A stretch of 50,225 bases of DNA from Oscillospiraceae bacterium (lineage in GTDB: Bacteria; Bacillota; Clostridia; Christensenellales; UBA1242), in contig CAVHMC010000001.1 of assembly GCA_963636895.1 (NCBI GenBank), positions 1-50,225 on the forward strand, given 5' to 3'. Of the stretch, positions 44,201 through 47,200 are shown one piece after another; position 1 is the first letter of the stretch; the number at the start of each line of letters is the position of its first letter. Under the pieces are notes generated by a model that worked only from the letters and a program-made list of their open reading frames with translations, was not told where the DNA came from and ran no database searches. The translations under genes were made by a program, and so were the position numbers.

Positions 44201-47200
44201 TAAAATCGGACGATTTATTTTGAGCCGAGCAAGAGACGATATATTTGCTTACGTCCGTCACGTTGTACGCTTCGCTCTTTAAAACCAATTTCATTGAGTA
44301 CCAGAAAGTATTATCTCCGTCAACAGTTTCTTCTGGTTTTGTAAGAATTATTGAGAAAGGACTACTTACATTTTCATAAATAAAGGTATTTGCATCGTCG
44401 CCATATTTTCTTGCAACCATTTCACTAGCCTCGCTACTACCATCTTTTGCAATACTTATAGACAAATTTTGCACTGTGGTTGTTGTATTGCCCACGTAGA
44501 CATAGGCGTCAAAGGTTTTGGTGGTGTTTAGATAGCCAGATAGTCTAATCTCCGACATACTAAACCCAATTTCCACAACATTGACTTCGGCTTTAAGGAA
44601 AGAGACCCAGTTTTCACTTGTATAGCAGTAATCAGTATCGTCAATCGTAAACCTAACTGTAGCAACCAATTTATATGAGCCTTCTTTAACGAATTTTATT
44701 CGTTTTGACTCCTTTACAATATATTGAGTGTCGTTTGTTACGTCTTTATATTCGGCCGAAGTCTCCTTGTAATACAAGGTAAAATCAACCGCATAATTTG
44801 TATAATTAGAAATTTCTTCATTATTTTCGTCAACCAAAGCGTAATTGAAATTGACGAATTGATTGCTTGCAACCGATTTTTGATTAGAAGAGTAGTTATA
44901 ATCCCAATACGAGTCTTGCAAACTGCCGTTTTGAGAAAGCAAAAGTTTGTCAAAATCTTCCACCACCACGACCGTAATTTCGCCACAAATATTGGAACTT
45001 TCCTTCAAAGCGAACTTGAGAGTCTCCACCCCCACTTTTAGTAACTCCAATTCGCCAGAATCTGTCACTCTCGCAACACCATTTGACGTAAGAGTGCTAA
45101 CGACAAGGTTGATATTTGTCACCGAACTTGTCGTTGTAACACTAAATATATCGGCAAGATTGTAAAATCTTGAATTCTCCCCATAGGTTAGAATAATTAC
45201 CTTCTTATCGCCATTTTCGTAATGATAATAGTTTTGTCCAAAGACAATTTGGTTGTTCGCACTCACTTCTCCGCCGAGACCTACAACCGAAATGTCTGAT
45301 GGAATATCTGCGAGCAAACTTGTATGCTTTTTGATAATTACAGAGTTATCTCCGTCATAATACTCAATCAAAATATTTGGAGTGGCATCTTCTTTTGGAG
45401 AAGTAGCATCGCCCACAAATCTTTTTTCTAATATATTGGTATTATTTAAAGTACCATATTTAAGTAGATAATAATATTTTGTACCGCTTACACCCAAAAG
45501 GTCCAACTCGCTAGCACTTGCACTAAAGTCAACCGACACTACACCGATATAGAAGACGTCATTAAGTAAAGTTATCACATGCGCACTTGCATTTTCCGTA
45601 TTTCCGCCAACAAGCCCCTTTACATAAGAAGAATTTTTAAGAGATATAATGTTGAAAGTTGAAAAAACGTTGCTAAGGTTTATATTTGTCCCGTCACCCA
45701 CAAGTCCGCCTGCATGAGCCTCGTCTCCATAAATAAATATGTCGCCCTTTGAAACATACAATTGATTTGATTTTGAAGTAAAACCATACGAATAGGAATT
45801 TTGCAACAATAACAATTCAGCATAACCCACAACACCGCCAACATAATCGTTCCCCACTATCATAGGAGAATATCCACCATCAGAATACAAATCGTGATTT
45901 TCCACTCTTGCATTAAAGATATTTGCCAAGTCAGTGGAAGTTCCGTTTTCTGCAGACGCATAACCTACCACGCCACCGACATAGTTGTTGCCAGCAACCT
46001 TTATTGAAGTTAAAATATTAGAAATTTTTGCATTTTTGGTTAAAAGTTTTCCAGCCACGCCACCGACATTATTACATGTAAACGTATTTGACTTGTTGGT
46101 TGAAGTGTTAAAACTGCCAATATTGCCTTCTATTGCAAAGTTTGAAATTGTGCCATAATTTACACCCGCAATGCCACCGATAGCGGATTCTTCATTTGTA
46201 ATCGCCCCGCCCCTAACATTGATATATGCAACGACATCAACATCTCTTTGATTATAACTTATAAAGTTGACTTTCGAAGACGATTGTGTACTAGCCTTGT
46301 AATTGCCGTCTATTGTGCCCTTGTTTTCACCCACAAGTCCGCCCACATAAGACGTCTCGCTAGACGTAACTACAATTGATGTGCCCGTCGAATAGGTCGT
46401 CGAAGTGTAATCTTTTTCTTTATCACTAAAATAATTTAAATTTGAAAAATATTTTGTATTTCTTGCTTCGTCGTTGTCAGAAGACAAATCTACACCATAG
46501 CACAAAATTGTGCCATTGTTTTGCCCCGCAAAAGAGCCTAGTTTGACATCGCTTTTAGTCTTTGATTCTATAGTAATATATTCAACTACTACATTTATAA
46601 TAAAACCATTATTAATACCAGCAACTATACCCACATTGCTTACTTGATTGTTGCTATTTATAGAGATAGTAGCATTTTTTATTTTCAAATTGTACACAGC
46701 ACCATAGGTCTTATCATTTTTTGCAATTTCGCTAAACAAGCCCACCTTGCCGTCTACTGCACTGGATAAACTTAGCCCATCTATAGTATAACCATTGCCA
46801 TTAAGCACACCTGAAAAACTGCTTATTGGGGTCCATGCATAGTTACCACCTAAAGAGATATCGTTTACCAATTGATAATTCTTGGTTGGGGCATTTGAGA
46901 TAGCACTCAATTGAGAAGCAGTCTTGATAGAATACGCTTGTTTCTCACCATCTTCCACAACAACTCTTATTTTTTTGTAAACTTTGTAGGTCGTATTTGA
47001 AACGTAACTATCTTTTGCGATAAGGACAAGATAGAAAATTCCACCGTCTTTAACGGCAAGATTGAAAGTTTCTTCTCCCGCCAAATCTAAAGAATATCCA
47101 CTAGTTGTGCCTTTTGAGAGTGTAGCGTATTTGTTTGCTGTATCCTTTTCGTCACTTTCACCATTTGTTATGTATGCAAAAAGGCTCTTGTCTCTAATTG